From a virus (lineage: Duplodnaviria > Caudoviricetes), in IMG/VR virus record IMGVR_UViG_3300017650_000206, positions 1 through 38,697 of that record: a stretch of 38,697 bases of DNA; one strand, 5' to 3'. This document shows, one piece after another, positions 27,452 through 35,850 of the stretch. The notes under the pieces are model-generated. The model saw only the letters and a list, made by a program, of their open reading frames with translations, did no database searches and was not told the DNA's origin. The translations under genes and the position numbers were made by a program. Each line of letters begins with the position of its first letter. Within the stretch, counting starts at the first letter, position 1.

Positions 27452-27523
27452 AAACACACAATCGAAGCGATCGTCCGGGCCGCTTGGGCGGGCCGAACTG
27501 CGGGAAACGAGCTTTATCTTGAG

Positions 27524-27574
27524 TGTCCGGCGGATCGGCGGCCGGAAGAGCCACCCGGAGTTTCACCGGGTCCG
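27524..27574 (-). ncRNA. sul1-like cis-regulatory RNA motif in sulP leader
   Basis: CGGACCCGGTGAAACTCCGGGTGGCTCTTCCGGCCGCCGATCCGCCGGACA, two hairpins upstream of an alphaproteobacterial sulP; family match from memory. Confidence 0.7.
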
Positions 27575-27623
27575 GGATGAGTAGGCTCATTACTGACAGA
27601 AGGACGCTCCGCATTCAAGGCTG

Positions 27624-28436
27624 TCACGATGTCGCTCGCCGCTTCTTCCGCGTCTTCCTGAACCACACCGACACCAGCGCCTTCCACTTCGGCATGCGGT
27701 GCGTGGCGGCAAACACCGCTGCCTCATCGTCCAGCATTACCGCATTGCCGCGTATGGCATCCGCCAGTGCTTCCGGCTCAATCTGGTCGCAATATTCAGG
27801 ATCGGTCATCAGTTGCTCGCAGGCCTTGATCTGCAAGCCAGTGACAGGGGCAAGCTCGGCATTGGCGAGTACTTCGAGGACCTGCCGGGCGCGCATGGCC
27901 GTGTGCCTGCCGACCAGCGACCGGAGTCGGGCGATCGCGACAGTCTCTCCTGGCCGATAGCTCCCGTTGCTGCCGGGATAGCGCAATATCCTGATCCCTG
28001 CCCGCTCACAGACCTGCCGGACGGTCAGCGCATCCTCGTCATTGGCCGCCAGTTCCGCCCAGAACATTTCGAGGGGGCTGACATTCTTGCGGTTTGCATT
28101 CACCGCGACGAAGGTTTCGGCTTCGGCGACAGTTCCATCTGTCTCGATGATCGTACACGGGACCAGCGTGACGCTGGGGTGGCGCTTCGCGGCTTCGAGC
28201 CGGTGCTGGCCATCAATCGCGTGGTATCGACCATCGCCGGCCTTGGCGAGCACCAGCGCCCCAAAGCTCTTCCACGAAAACCAGTCAAGGATTTTGAGAA
28301 CGCGGTTTTCATCGAGCCCGCGCTGATAGGCCGGATCCACATCAATCAGGCCTTTGTCGATCCAATCAAGGTCGGGCAGCGGGCCGGGGTCGCGACAAGT
28401 CATTTCGCTGTCAGTGTTCATCTCATCAGTCTCCAT
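27624..28436 (-). CDS. ParB-like / DGQHR-domain protein (DUF6551-type)
   Basis: IDVDPAYQR, YHAIDGQHRLEAA, EAETFVAVN.NRK. Confidence 0.85.
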   Translation of the reverse strand: METDEMNTDSEMTCRDPGPLPDLDWIDKGLIDVDPAYQRGLDENRVLKILDWFSWKSFGALVLAKAGDGRYHAIDGQHRLEAAKRHPSVTLVPCTIIETDGTVAEAETFVAVNANRKNVSPLEMFWAELAANDEDALTVRQVCERAGIRILRYPGSNGSYRPGETVAIARLRSLVGRHTAMRARQVLEVLANAELAPVTGLQIKACEQLMTDPEYCDQIEPEALADAIRGNAVMLDDEAAVFAATHRMPKWKALVSVWFRKTRKKRRATS

Positions 28437-28449
28437 CTCTGCATCACCC

Positions 28450-28905
28450 TCAGGCCTTTCGGCTGGGCGTAGTTGGCTTTCGGACGGGTTTGTTCAAGGC
28501 ACACTTCGCCCTGCTACGGGGACGAAGTGTGCGGTAACTGGCTCACGAACTGGGATGCCCTTTACACACCTGGATACGTGATTTCCTCCCTTGTCCGTAG
28601 GAGGATCGAGCCGGGGTTGCCCTGTCGGCCCTACACGCGCTTCGCTAAGCAGCGGCACCTTCCCAAAGCCATCCAGGCGACAAGGGGAAGGCTGCACCTC
28701 ATTTCCGGGTGCGTCCTGTGTGGGTGTTGATGTCCCTGCGTATCGGAGGCCGTCCTGTTTCCGGCCCTACCCGCCCCAATCGCTGGGGTCTCTGTGCAGG
28801 CTATGTGTCGCTGTTACCGGCGCGACGAGCGGTCCACCAAACCGATCCCGGAAGCGTTTCAAGCTTTCGCCGTCCTCGCTGAGGCCGTGACATCTTCCGG
28901 CCTGA
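28450..28905 (-). ncRNA. Large hairpin-rich non-coding tract (structured RNA or replication origin)
   Basis: About ten closely spaced inverted repeats; no convincing ORF. Confidence 0.4.
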
Positions 28906-28911
28906 CCACCG

Positions 28912-29844
28912 CTAAGGCACATGCGCCTCCCGGTTCAGTTTCATGAGGAAGCGCTGAACGGCAAAAATGCCCTGATCGACGTGAAAGTCGTTGAAGTCGG
29001 TGCCCAATTCGGGCGGCATGACGTATGGCCTGCCCGCTTTGCGCGCGAAATACTCGCCAGCGCCCATGCCTTCAAACTGCTCTGGGCGAGCGGCGGGCGG
29101 CGCGTCATTGTCGGCGGCGATCAAGCATCTGGCTTGTCTGGGCAATGCGCCCGCGACCCTTGTGACGTTAGACGCGGAAAAGCATACGAGGATCGTGCCG
29201 GGCCGGTTGAGGCCTTGCAAAGCGGCTCGCACCGACAGCGCGGTGGCATAGCCTTCGCATAGCCAGGTGTCGCGACCGGTGGAGATCCGATGCGCCGCAC
29301 CGCCCATCTCGCCGCCATAGAGGAACTTCTTGGTCCCCTCTTCCCAGATGAGCTGCACACTGGTGATCCGCTTGCCGATCCGGGCCGGTATAACGATGGC
29401 CTCGCCAGCGCCGGGAGACACCAGATAATCGCCCCCTATCCGCGCCACATCGCTGCTGGCAATGACCAGAGCCTGTTCATCTCGGAACCCCTTGCGGGCG
29501 AGATAGGCATGCGGGCCGGGCCTTGCAGCGGCAATGATTTGACGAGCTATGTCCGCGGCGCGCTCCGCTCTCTTGCGATCCTCGGCGTCTTGCGCGCGTC
29601 GTGCCTGGGCGTACCGCTTGCGATCCTCGACAGTGCGCTCTTCCCTAAGCCAGACCGTCGCCTTGTCACCGGTCTGCCAATTGACTGCCGTGACGCGTTC
29701 CTCATCGAGGATGATCCGGCCATCACCTTTGCCGTTCTTGGCCAGCGTATCGGCTGCGATCCATTTGCGCATGGGCTGGCGACCACGCGGCGGGACGATG
29801 CCAACCGATGCACAGGCGCGGGCAATCGCTTCGTCCAGCGTCAT
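28912..29844 (-). CDS. Toprim-domain DNA primase
   Basis: HAYLARKG, SVQLI, KKFLYGG, WLCEGYATALS, LIAADND, DFND. Confidence 0.92.
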   Translation of the reverse strand: MTLDEAIARACASVGIVPPRGRQPMRKWIAADTLAKNGKGDGRIILDEERVTAVNWQTGDKATVWLREERTVEDRKRYAQARRAQDAEDRKRAERAADIARQIIAAARPGPHAYLARKGFRDEQALVIASSDVARIGGDYLVSPGAGEAIVIPARIGKRITSVQLIWEEGTKKFLYGGEMGGAAHRISTGRDTWLCEGYATALSVRAALQGLNRPGTILVCFSASNVTRVAGALPRQARCLIAADNDAPPAARPEQFEGMGAGEYFARKAGRPYVMPPELGTDFNDFHVDQGIFAVQRFLMKLNREAHVP

Positions 29845-31427
29845 GCTGCACGCCTCCGGCTTGATTTCCGGAAGCGGGCGACCTCACGTTCGATGAGCCC
29901 CCATTCGTCCTCGCGAACTGTCTTGGCGTCGCCGAAAGCTTCGTAGAGCCCGAAAGGCAGGGTGCTGTCGGGATAGATACCGCGCCAAATCCCATAGGCC
30001 CATTTGCGCGCCGCCACCTCGCCCTTCCGGCTATTCGCCTGGCAATAGACCACCGCGGCGTTCCAGACCCTCCGAGGGTTGTCGAGACATGCTGCCCGCA
30101 TCCCTTTTCGAGGAGCGAATGCCTTTGCAGGTGCGTGATCGAGGTCGATCAACTGGCCCTGAACATACTGAATTTCGCCTCGGGCTGGCCGCTCCCACCC
30201 ACACGCCGGGCAAGCATTCTGCGCCGGGACCATCTGTGTCCCGCATTCGCCGCAGAAACGCTCTTTGCGAACCTTCTCCGTTGGCTCCCGAACCTCGGTG
30301 TCCTTTTTCTGGGCAGTTGAGAGCGTGTCGACCCCATACTCAAACAGCCATGCCGTATCGTCGGCGAAGGAAATGCAGTTCCCAGAGTGATCGAGCCAGA
30401 GGCCGAATTCCTTGCCGGGATGGATGCGCATGATGCGGCCCATCTCCTGAATGTGGCTGGAAAAACTCTTACGATAGGGACGGCAGGAAATGCCGCACAG
30501 CACGTCTGGAACGTCAAAGCCCTTGGTCAGCACGGCGCAGGACACCAGTCCATCGATCGCGCTGTTGGGCTTGCGGAACTCAGCGATCTTGTCGCGACGC
30601 TCCCCGTCGTCCTTGTCGAGATAACTGATCTGCTGGAAGTTGTACCCAGCCTCGGCAAACTGACGGCATAGCTCCTCGCCATGTTTGACCGACGGCGAAA
30701 AGACGATGGTTTTGACCGGCCCGCCGAACGTCTTGCGAGTCTGTTCAATCCAGGTGTCGACAACGTTGCCGATGATCGTAATGCCGCGCTGCCCGGCCTC
30801 TTCGTCCTCGTATTCCCCGGTAAACTTCTTCTTTGCGCCGTCCATATCCGGGCTGACACATGCCTTGATGCGCAACGGCGAGAGATAGCCCTCTGCCAGC
30901 AGCTTGTTGACGGTGGTGCTGTTGACCAGCCCGTCCCAATGGCCCGCCATCCCAGCCGTGAAGGGGGTGGCTGTGAGGCCGACGACCTTGGCCTGCTCTG
31001 CCCTGCTCGCCAGATCGAGAATGGACTTATAGACCGCGTGGCACTCATCCCAGATGATGAGGCTGGGCAACTCGCGCAGCTGGCGACGAGCAAGGGTCTG
31101 CGCGCTGGCGATCTGAACGGGTTTGGAATAGTCCGTGAGGAAATGGGCGGCCTGAATAATGCCGTGATCAATGCCATAGGAGGCGAAGCGCTCGCTGGTC
31201 TGATCGATAAGAGCAACACGATCGACGACGAACCAGGCGCGCGATCCTTTCCGCTCAGCTTCCTGAACGATCTTCATCGCCATTTCGGTCTTGCCCGCAC
31301 CGGTGGGAGCGACGAGCACCTGGCGCCGCCTGCCCTCGCGTATTCCGTTGCGGAGCAATTCCACCGCGTCGGCCTGATAGGGCCTGAGGTCGATTTCACG
31401 CGGTTCGAGGCCAAACAGCATGTTCAT
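29841..31427 (-). CDS. SF2 DExH helicase with C-terminal Zn ribbon
   Basis: LRPYQ, APTGAGKT, DECH, GLTATP, LTKGFDVP, QEMGRIMR, CGECG...CPACG. Confidence 0.95.
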   Translation of the reverse strand: MNMLFGLEPREIDLRPYQADAVELLRNGIREGRRRQVLVAPTGAGKTEMAMKIVQEAERKGSRAWFVVDRVALIDQTSERFASYGIDHGIIQAAHFLTDYSKPVQIASAQTLARRQLRELPSLIIWDECHAVYKSILDLASRAEQAKVVGLTATPFTAGMAGHWDGLVNSTTVNKLLAEGYLSPLRIKACVSPDMDGAKKKFTGEYEDEEAGQRGITIIGNVVDTWIEQTRKTFGGPVKTIVFSPSVKHGEELCRQFAEAGYNFQQISYLDKDDGERRDKIAEFRKPNSAIDGLVSCAVLTKGFDVPDVLCGISCRPYRKSFSSHIQEMGRIMRIHPGKEFGLWLDHSGNCISFADDTAWLFEYGVDTLSTAQKKDTEVREPTEKVRKERFCGECGTQMVPAQNACPACGWERPARGEIQYVQGQLIDLDHAPAKAFAPRKGMRAACLDNPRRVWNAAVVYCQANSRKGEVAARKWAYGIWRGIYPDSTLPFGLYEAFGDAKTVREDEWGLIEREVARFRKSSRRRAA

Positions 31428-31750
31428 GGCGCCGGCTCCACGTCGCCGCGCACAACGTGATCGGCTTTCGAGACGAACCACGACCAATCGCATTGGTCGA
31501 CGCCGTCGGGGCGCGCGCCATACAGAAACCGAAGGAACTCGGCCCATGGCTTAGGCGAGCCATCGTCAAAGGCCTGATCCGCTTCCACGGTGCGCAGGTG
31601 GTTCTCGATGGAGGCGCAGTTGCCCGTCAGCCACGTGCGCTGTTCATCTGAGAGATTGAGCGGGTTGACGATCTTCATGTGGCCGCCGTCGAGCACGATA
31701 TCCGCGCCCAGCGCCCGCACTTTGGAAAGAATGGTCGCCACGTCAGCCAC
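31424..31750 (-). CDS. Hypothetical replication-region protein
   Basis: Overlaps both neighbours; N-terminus resembles small domain seen near phage primases. Confidence 0.7.
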   Translation of the reverse strand: MADVATILSKVRALGADIVLDGGHMKIVNPLNLSDEQRTWLTGNCASIENHLRTVEADQAFDDGSPKPWAEFLRFLYGARPDGVDQCDWSWFVSKADHVVRGDVEPAP

Positions 31751-32594
31751 GGGTCACCTCACCCGTTTTCAGGTCGATGACGATGTCGGCGTTTGCGCCA
31801 GACTCGATGGCCTTTTTCTTCCAGTACTCCGCCGAACGAAGGTTCCGAACTTTTTCCTCGCTCTCGCGCTCGACCTGGCGCTGGAGGTTGCCGATTCGCT
31901 CGCGCAGCCCCTCGATAACTTCCTCGAAGCCACCGCGCTCATATTCAACGACCATGTCGTCGTATTTCGTGAGGGTTTCCCGAAGCTGATCAATTTCAGC
32001 CTTCTGGTCCTCATTGATGTTCTGCAACTCCTCGTTCTCATAGAGCAGAGACGCGATGCGCTCAGCGTCGTCGCCTTTTGAGGGTTCACGATTGAATGAG
32101 CGCTCAGCCTTGCGGGCCTCGGAAGCCTTCACTTCGACGTTAAGGTTCTCGCGCGCTTCGTCGCGCTGGCGGTCGTACTCAGCTTGCTGCTCGGCCTTTG
32201 CGGCCCTCTTGGCTTCAACAACAGCGCCGATAGCGTCGTTCGGTTGTTCGCCGGCCTCGACCCTCTCCTTAACGGCCTCTAAGGCGGCGGAATCATCCTT
32301 GAGGCCACGAGCGTGGCGAACAGAAATGTCCGACGCGTCGGACAAATCGACACCGGCCTGCTCAAGTGATGCAGTTACTTTGGCTTGGTCGATAAGGTCA
32401 TAGGCCCGAGAGCGGCCAATCTCCCACCGCTCCTTGCAGTAGGCCTCGAAAGTCTTATGGGATGCACGATAAAGCTTGCCATCGCGAATTTCCGTCAGGG
32501 CCTTGCCGACTTCGATGAAGACGGTGACGCCGCGCGAAATGATGCCCTCACAGACAGCAAGCCGACTGGTCTCTGTTTTGGAAAGGCCACTCAT
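31743..32594 (-). CDS. Putative DNA-binding protein (DUF3102-like N-terminus + coiled coil)
   Basis: EVGKALTEIRDGKLYR...TFEAYCKERWEIGRSRAYDLI; long coiled coil. Confidence 0.75.
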   Translation of the reverse strand: MSGLSKTETSRLAVCEGIISRGVTVFIEVGKALTEIRDGKLYRASHKTFEAYCKERWEIGRSRAYDLIDQAKVTASLEQAGVDLSDASDISVRHARGLKDDSAALEAVKERVEAGEQPNDAIGAVVEAKRAAKAEQQAEYDRQRDEARENLNVEVKASEARKAERSFNREPSKGDDAERIASLLYENEELQNINEDQKAEIDQLRETLTKYDDMVVEYERGGFEEVIEGLRERIGNLQRQVERESEEKVRNLRSAEYWKKKAIESGANADIVIDLKTGEVTRG

Positions 32595-32851
32595 AACCGC
32601 TCGATCCCCCGCGCATCGCAAAAGGCGTCGAGGGCGCGACGCAGATAGACCTTGGCCAGAGTGCGGCGGCTGAGCACACCAATGGTGACTGGCCCCTCGA
32701 ATGGGACCGCGTTGCAGGCCGTGACAAATGAACCGACCGAACGGATGAGCGTTTCAGTGCTCGCCACGCCAGCCCGATCGGTCACGTCAACACCGGCTGC
32801 CGCTTCAACATCAGGCAAGGCTTCGCCGGTCGCGATTGTGTCGCGTTTCAT
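32591..32851 (-). CDS. Hypothetical protein
   Basis: RBS, ATGA overlap with downstream gene. Confidence 0.6.
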   Translation of the reverse strand: MKRDTIATGEALPDVEAAAGVDVTDRAGVASTETLIRSVGSFVTACNAVPFEGPVTIGVLSRRTLAKVYLRRALDAFCDARGIERL

Positions 32852-32917
32852 TTTCTCACCTATGTCTGGGGTCTGGCGCGCTTCTCACTTCGACTGCCCG
32901 ACCCGGTTAAACTCGTG

Positions 32918-33154
32918 TCAGGCGGCGTTACTCGGCTCGGGTACGATCTCCGGCCATTCCACACCCTCCGGCCAATTTTTAGCGAACCACCGCACCGCCA
33001 ACCGATAGCGACCGGTTGTGAGATCTGCTCCGCCACGAAGGAGAGATAGCTTTTTGCTCTCACCAAAGAGGCGGTTGCTCAATGTGGTCTCACGGAGATC
33101 TGTTGCGGCAAGCCAAATATCGGCCAATGCGATGATGTGCGAAACATGAGGCAT
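32918..33154 (-). CDS. cro: Cro-like regulator
   Basis: Divergent from cI; TTLSNRLFGESKKL..LR.G.D...WF..NWP....WP family. Confidence 0.8.
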   Translation of the reverse strand: MPHVSHIIALADIWLAATDLRETTLSNRLFGESKKLSLLRGGADLTTGRYRLAVRWFAKNWPEGVEWPEIVPEPSNAA

Positions 33155-33164
33155 GCCCCCATAT

Positions 33165-33220
33165 CGGTTATTTAACCGAGATTGTCAACGGTATTCTAAC
33201 CTATGGCGGTTTAAAAACCC
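33165..33220. promoter_or_regulatory. OR: three 14-bp operators around leftward promoter
   Basis: CGGTTATTTAACCG (33165), CGGTATTCTAACCT (33189), CGGTTTAAAAACCC (33207); TTGACA on minus strand at 33188-33183. Confidence 0.82.
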
Positions 33221-33239
33221 ATCAAATAGGATGGGCGCC

Positions 33240-33938
33240 ATGCTAAAAGACGTTCTTGACCGGATTGAATCTCGCCTAGAGGCACTCGGACTGTCTGCCA
33301 CCGCAGCGTCGCGCCACGCCGGGCTATCGCTTGATGCGATCCGAAACATGCGCCGCAAAGTCCAAGCTGGCGACATCCACGCGGGAGTGAGTTCGCGCAC
33401 CATTGATGCGCTTGCCCCCGTTCTCGGAACAACAGCATCTTGGCTCCTGACCGGCGACGAACCAAATTCAGAGAACGCCTCGCCTGATCTCGTGGCTACA
33501 AGACCTACCACACCCTTGATTCCGGGCCGTGAGCTACTGGGTACTGGGACGATGCCCGTCTATGCGGCGGCCATGGGCGGGGACGGTCACGTCATCGTGA
33601 CGTTTGACGAAATCGATCGCGTAAAACGTCCGGCTGAACTTGAAAACGTAAGAGGCGGCTATGGATTGCTGATCAAGGGAACCTCAATGGTTCCTGCGAT
33701 CAATGAGGGAGATACAGCCTTAGTAAATCCTCACCTGCCCCCTGCGCGCGGCGCAAACGTAATCCTCTACCACACGCCACCCGACGGATCAGACAACGAG
33801 GCGATGGTGAAGCAACTGCTCAATTGGACCGACAAGGAGTGGACCCTAAAACAATGGAATCCGCCGGAAGAGTTTAAAGAGTATAGGCAGGAATGGCCGG
33901 TTTGCCATCGGGTAGTGGGGGTCTATTATGGGCGATAG
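33240..33938 (+). CDS. cI: CI-like repressor, HTH + S24 peptidase
   Basis: N-terminal HTH ...LGTTASWLLTG; catalytic GTSMVP and MVKQL. Confidence 0.92.
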   Translation: MLKDVLDRIESRLEALGLSATAASRHAGLSLDAIRNMRRKVQAGDIHAGVSSRTIDALAPVLGTTASWLLTGDEPNSENASPDLVATRPTTPLIPGRELLGTGTMPVYAAAMGGDGHVIVTFDEIDRVKRPAELENVRGGYGLLIKGTSMVPAINEGDTALVNPHLPPARGANVILYHTPPDGSDNEAMVKQLLNWTDKEWTLKQWNPPEEFKEYRQEWPVCHRVVGVYYGR

Positions 33939-33977
33939 GCTGCTAGACGGCAGGGTTTGTGCATATGTGGGGCGGCG

Positions 33978-34211
33978 ATGACCCCTGACCGCTATGTCCA
34001 ATGCCTCGAAATCCTACGCTGGACCAATGAGACACTGGCCGAAGCGCTGGGCTGCGACGAGAGCTTGACCGAAGCGTATGCGATTGGGCTTGAGCCGATA
34101 CCGATGAAGCTGGGGGCTTGGTTGAATGTCGCGGCGGAGGCGCACCAGGCGCTTGAAATTGAACTGCCCAAGTCGCTCAAGGGGAAGCGGTTTACGGAGG
34201 GGGATTTGTGA
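33978..34211 (+). CDS. Small HTH protein
   Basis: MTP....CL..LRWTNETLAEALGCD......G...IP; stop overlaps DUF3800 start (GTGA). Confidence 0.75.
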   Translation: MTPDRYVQCLEILRWTNETLAEALGCDESLTEAYAIGLEPIPMKLGAWLNVAAEAHQALEIELPKSLKGKRFTEGDL

Positions 34212-34948
34212 CGTCCCCTGACCTGCCGCACTTAACTTTCTTCGGGGACGCCAGTAGCCGTGACAAGGATTTCATGGTGGCAGGGGGTTTTGCTATCGCG
34301 GGAAATCGGATCGCGGAGATCGAGGATCATATCGCCAAATTACGTGACGATGGCGGCATACGGTCCGAATTCCATTGGGCGACTTACCGTGGTGGCGCAA
34401 AGCGAGCGGCCTACGAAGCTCTGGTGGACTACGCATTTGATCTGGTCAACAAACGCCAAGCGGCCTTGCACATCATCATATCGCCATTTGGTGGCTACAA
34501 CCACAAAGCCAAGAAGAACGAGAACCGAGATACAAGCGTAAACCGCATGTATTATCAGCTATGTCTTCATCGGCTTTGCCAATTTTATGGCGGGCGGCGC
34601 AACATCCATATTCGCCTAGACGCAGGAAACGACTCCGTCGACATTTGCGCCATGAGAAACGAGCTTTGTGCGGATGCTTACAAAAAGTATCGAACCGTGC
34701 CCAATTGCGTCCGCAGCATCGAGCCCGTCAACTCCACTCACGTCGGCGCGGTCCAGATGGCCGATGTTCTGATGGGTGCCATTGCTGCGAAACAAAACCA
34801 AGTTTCCCACACCTCGCCTAAAGGCGCGCTGGCTGACTATGTGATGCGCGCATCCGGCCGGCACACCTGGGGCCGCGAAACACCACGAAATGCGCGGTTT
34901 TTGACGATCTGGCATTTTAAAGGGAGGTCAGGTCCCTCGCAGCCCTAG
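34208..34948 (+). CDS. DUF3800 family protein (RNase H-like fold)
   Basis: N-terminal FFGDAS, EFHW, IRLD, C-terminal S......QMADVLMGA. Confidence 0.82.
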   Translation: MTSPDLPHLTFFGDASSRDKDFMVAGGFAIAGNRIAEIEDHIAKLRDDGGIRSEFHWATYRGGAKRAAYEALVDYAFDLVNKRQAALHIIISPFGGYNHKAKKNENRDTSVNRMYYQLCLHRLCQFYGGRRNIHIRLDAGNDSVDICAMRNELCADAYKKYRTVPNCVRSIEPVNSTHVGAVQMADVLMGAIAAKQNQVSHTSPKGALADYVMRASGRHTWGRETPRNARFLTIWHFKGRSGPSQP

Positions 34949-34996
34949 CTCTAGAGCACGGCTGGTCTAGCCAGCGTATTCGGGCTGCGAAGGCCT
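34930..34996 (+). ncRNA. DUF3800-associated structured RNA (three-way junction)
   Basis: Outer stem TCGCAGCCC/GGGCTGCGA enclosing hairpins GCT-CTAG-AGC and GCTGG-TCTAG-CCAGC; overlaps the stop codon. Confidence 0.65.
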
Positions 34997-35206
34997 AACG
35001 ATAATATGGGCTAGAATCGCTGCGGATTCCATATCTCGACGTGAAAATCTATTTCTTTTTTAACCAGGACGGTTCCGCCCCGAGAGCGAACCGACCTGCC
35101 GGTATATGGGGGCTTTCTCGGCAGGCCGGCCACCTCGGTAAGGAGCTAAACCAAAACCGAGGCAGGCACCTGATCGCCAGCAAATGGGGCCATCTCTAGG
35201 CAAGGA

Positions 35207-35512
35207 TCAATTCAGCCCTACTCCCAGCTCAAACTCTTTGAGCACTTCCTTGATGGCCGGGATGACCCAGGGCTCCAGTGGCTTGCACATATAGATGCGC
35301 TCCGGGTCATCCCCTTCTCGCTGCGGCCTGCTCATGACCGGTATGACCGAGAATTCGTCCGGCTCCACAAACGGCCCGAACGCCTCGATCTGGAACTCGA
35401 ATTCCGGAAATGATCGGCCCAGTCTGTCCAGTATTCTGGCCTCAGCATACTCGACCGCCTTCCCCATAGCGCTTGGGGCCACGACGACGAACTGCGAAAC
35501 GTCCTCACCCAT
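35207..35512 (-). CDS. Hypothetical protein (second gene of SOS-boxed pair)
   Basis: GAGG RBS, 4 bp after upstream stop. Confidence 0.72.
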   Translation of the reverse strand: MGEDVSQFVVVAPSAMGKAVEYAEARILDRLGRSFPEFEFQIEAFGPFVEPDEFSVIPVMSRPQREGDDPERIYMCKPLEPWVIPAIKEVLKEFELGVGLN

Positions 35513-35516
35513 CGTC

Positions 35517-35762
35517 TTACCTCGACATTTCTAAAAGCTCATCTGGTAACTGCCCAAACTGAGCCAGGATAACTGCGTCTTCCCAGTCGCCTGATGCAGG
35601 GTCTCCACGTCGCGAAAAAGCCACCACTGCCGAGGCGCCCTCCGACAACCGCTCAGCAAGATCTTTGCAGTGCCCCTCGTCTCTTGCCTGCCTCGGCTCA
35701 TCCGCGATCAGCACGCCTTTCTTCCCTTTCTGGAATGCTTGCACCACGAAGTACGTCACCAT
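35517..35762 (-). CDS. Small conserved alphaproteobacterial protein under LexA box
   Basis: MVTYFVVQAF...VVAFSRRGDP..GDW....L..FG.LP; GGAG RBS; start reassigned to ATG at 35762. Confidence 0.8.
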   Translation of the reverse strand: MVTYFVVQAFQKGKKGVLIADEPRQARDEGHCKDLAERLSEGASAVVAFSRRGDPASGDWEDAVILAQFGQLPDELLEMSR

Positions 35763-35778
35763 AACTCCACCCCTAATT

Positions 35779-35793
35779 GTTCCCTGTATGTTC
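35779..35793. promoter_or_regulatory. LexA (SOS) box
   Basis: GTTC-CCTGTAT-GTTC just upstream of the ATG at 35762. Confidence 0.8.
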
Positions 35794-35850
35794 TTCATGA
35801 AAGCGCAAGCGGTCACGGGAGTCGAGTCAAAATCCACAAAGATGATCTTT

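Noticed and set aside
28560-28905. CsrB/RsmZ-type sponge, suggested by repeated GGA/CAGGACG motifs
   Set aside because: Not called: CsrA is uncommon in this host group and no csrA lies in the window; kept only as one hypothesis
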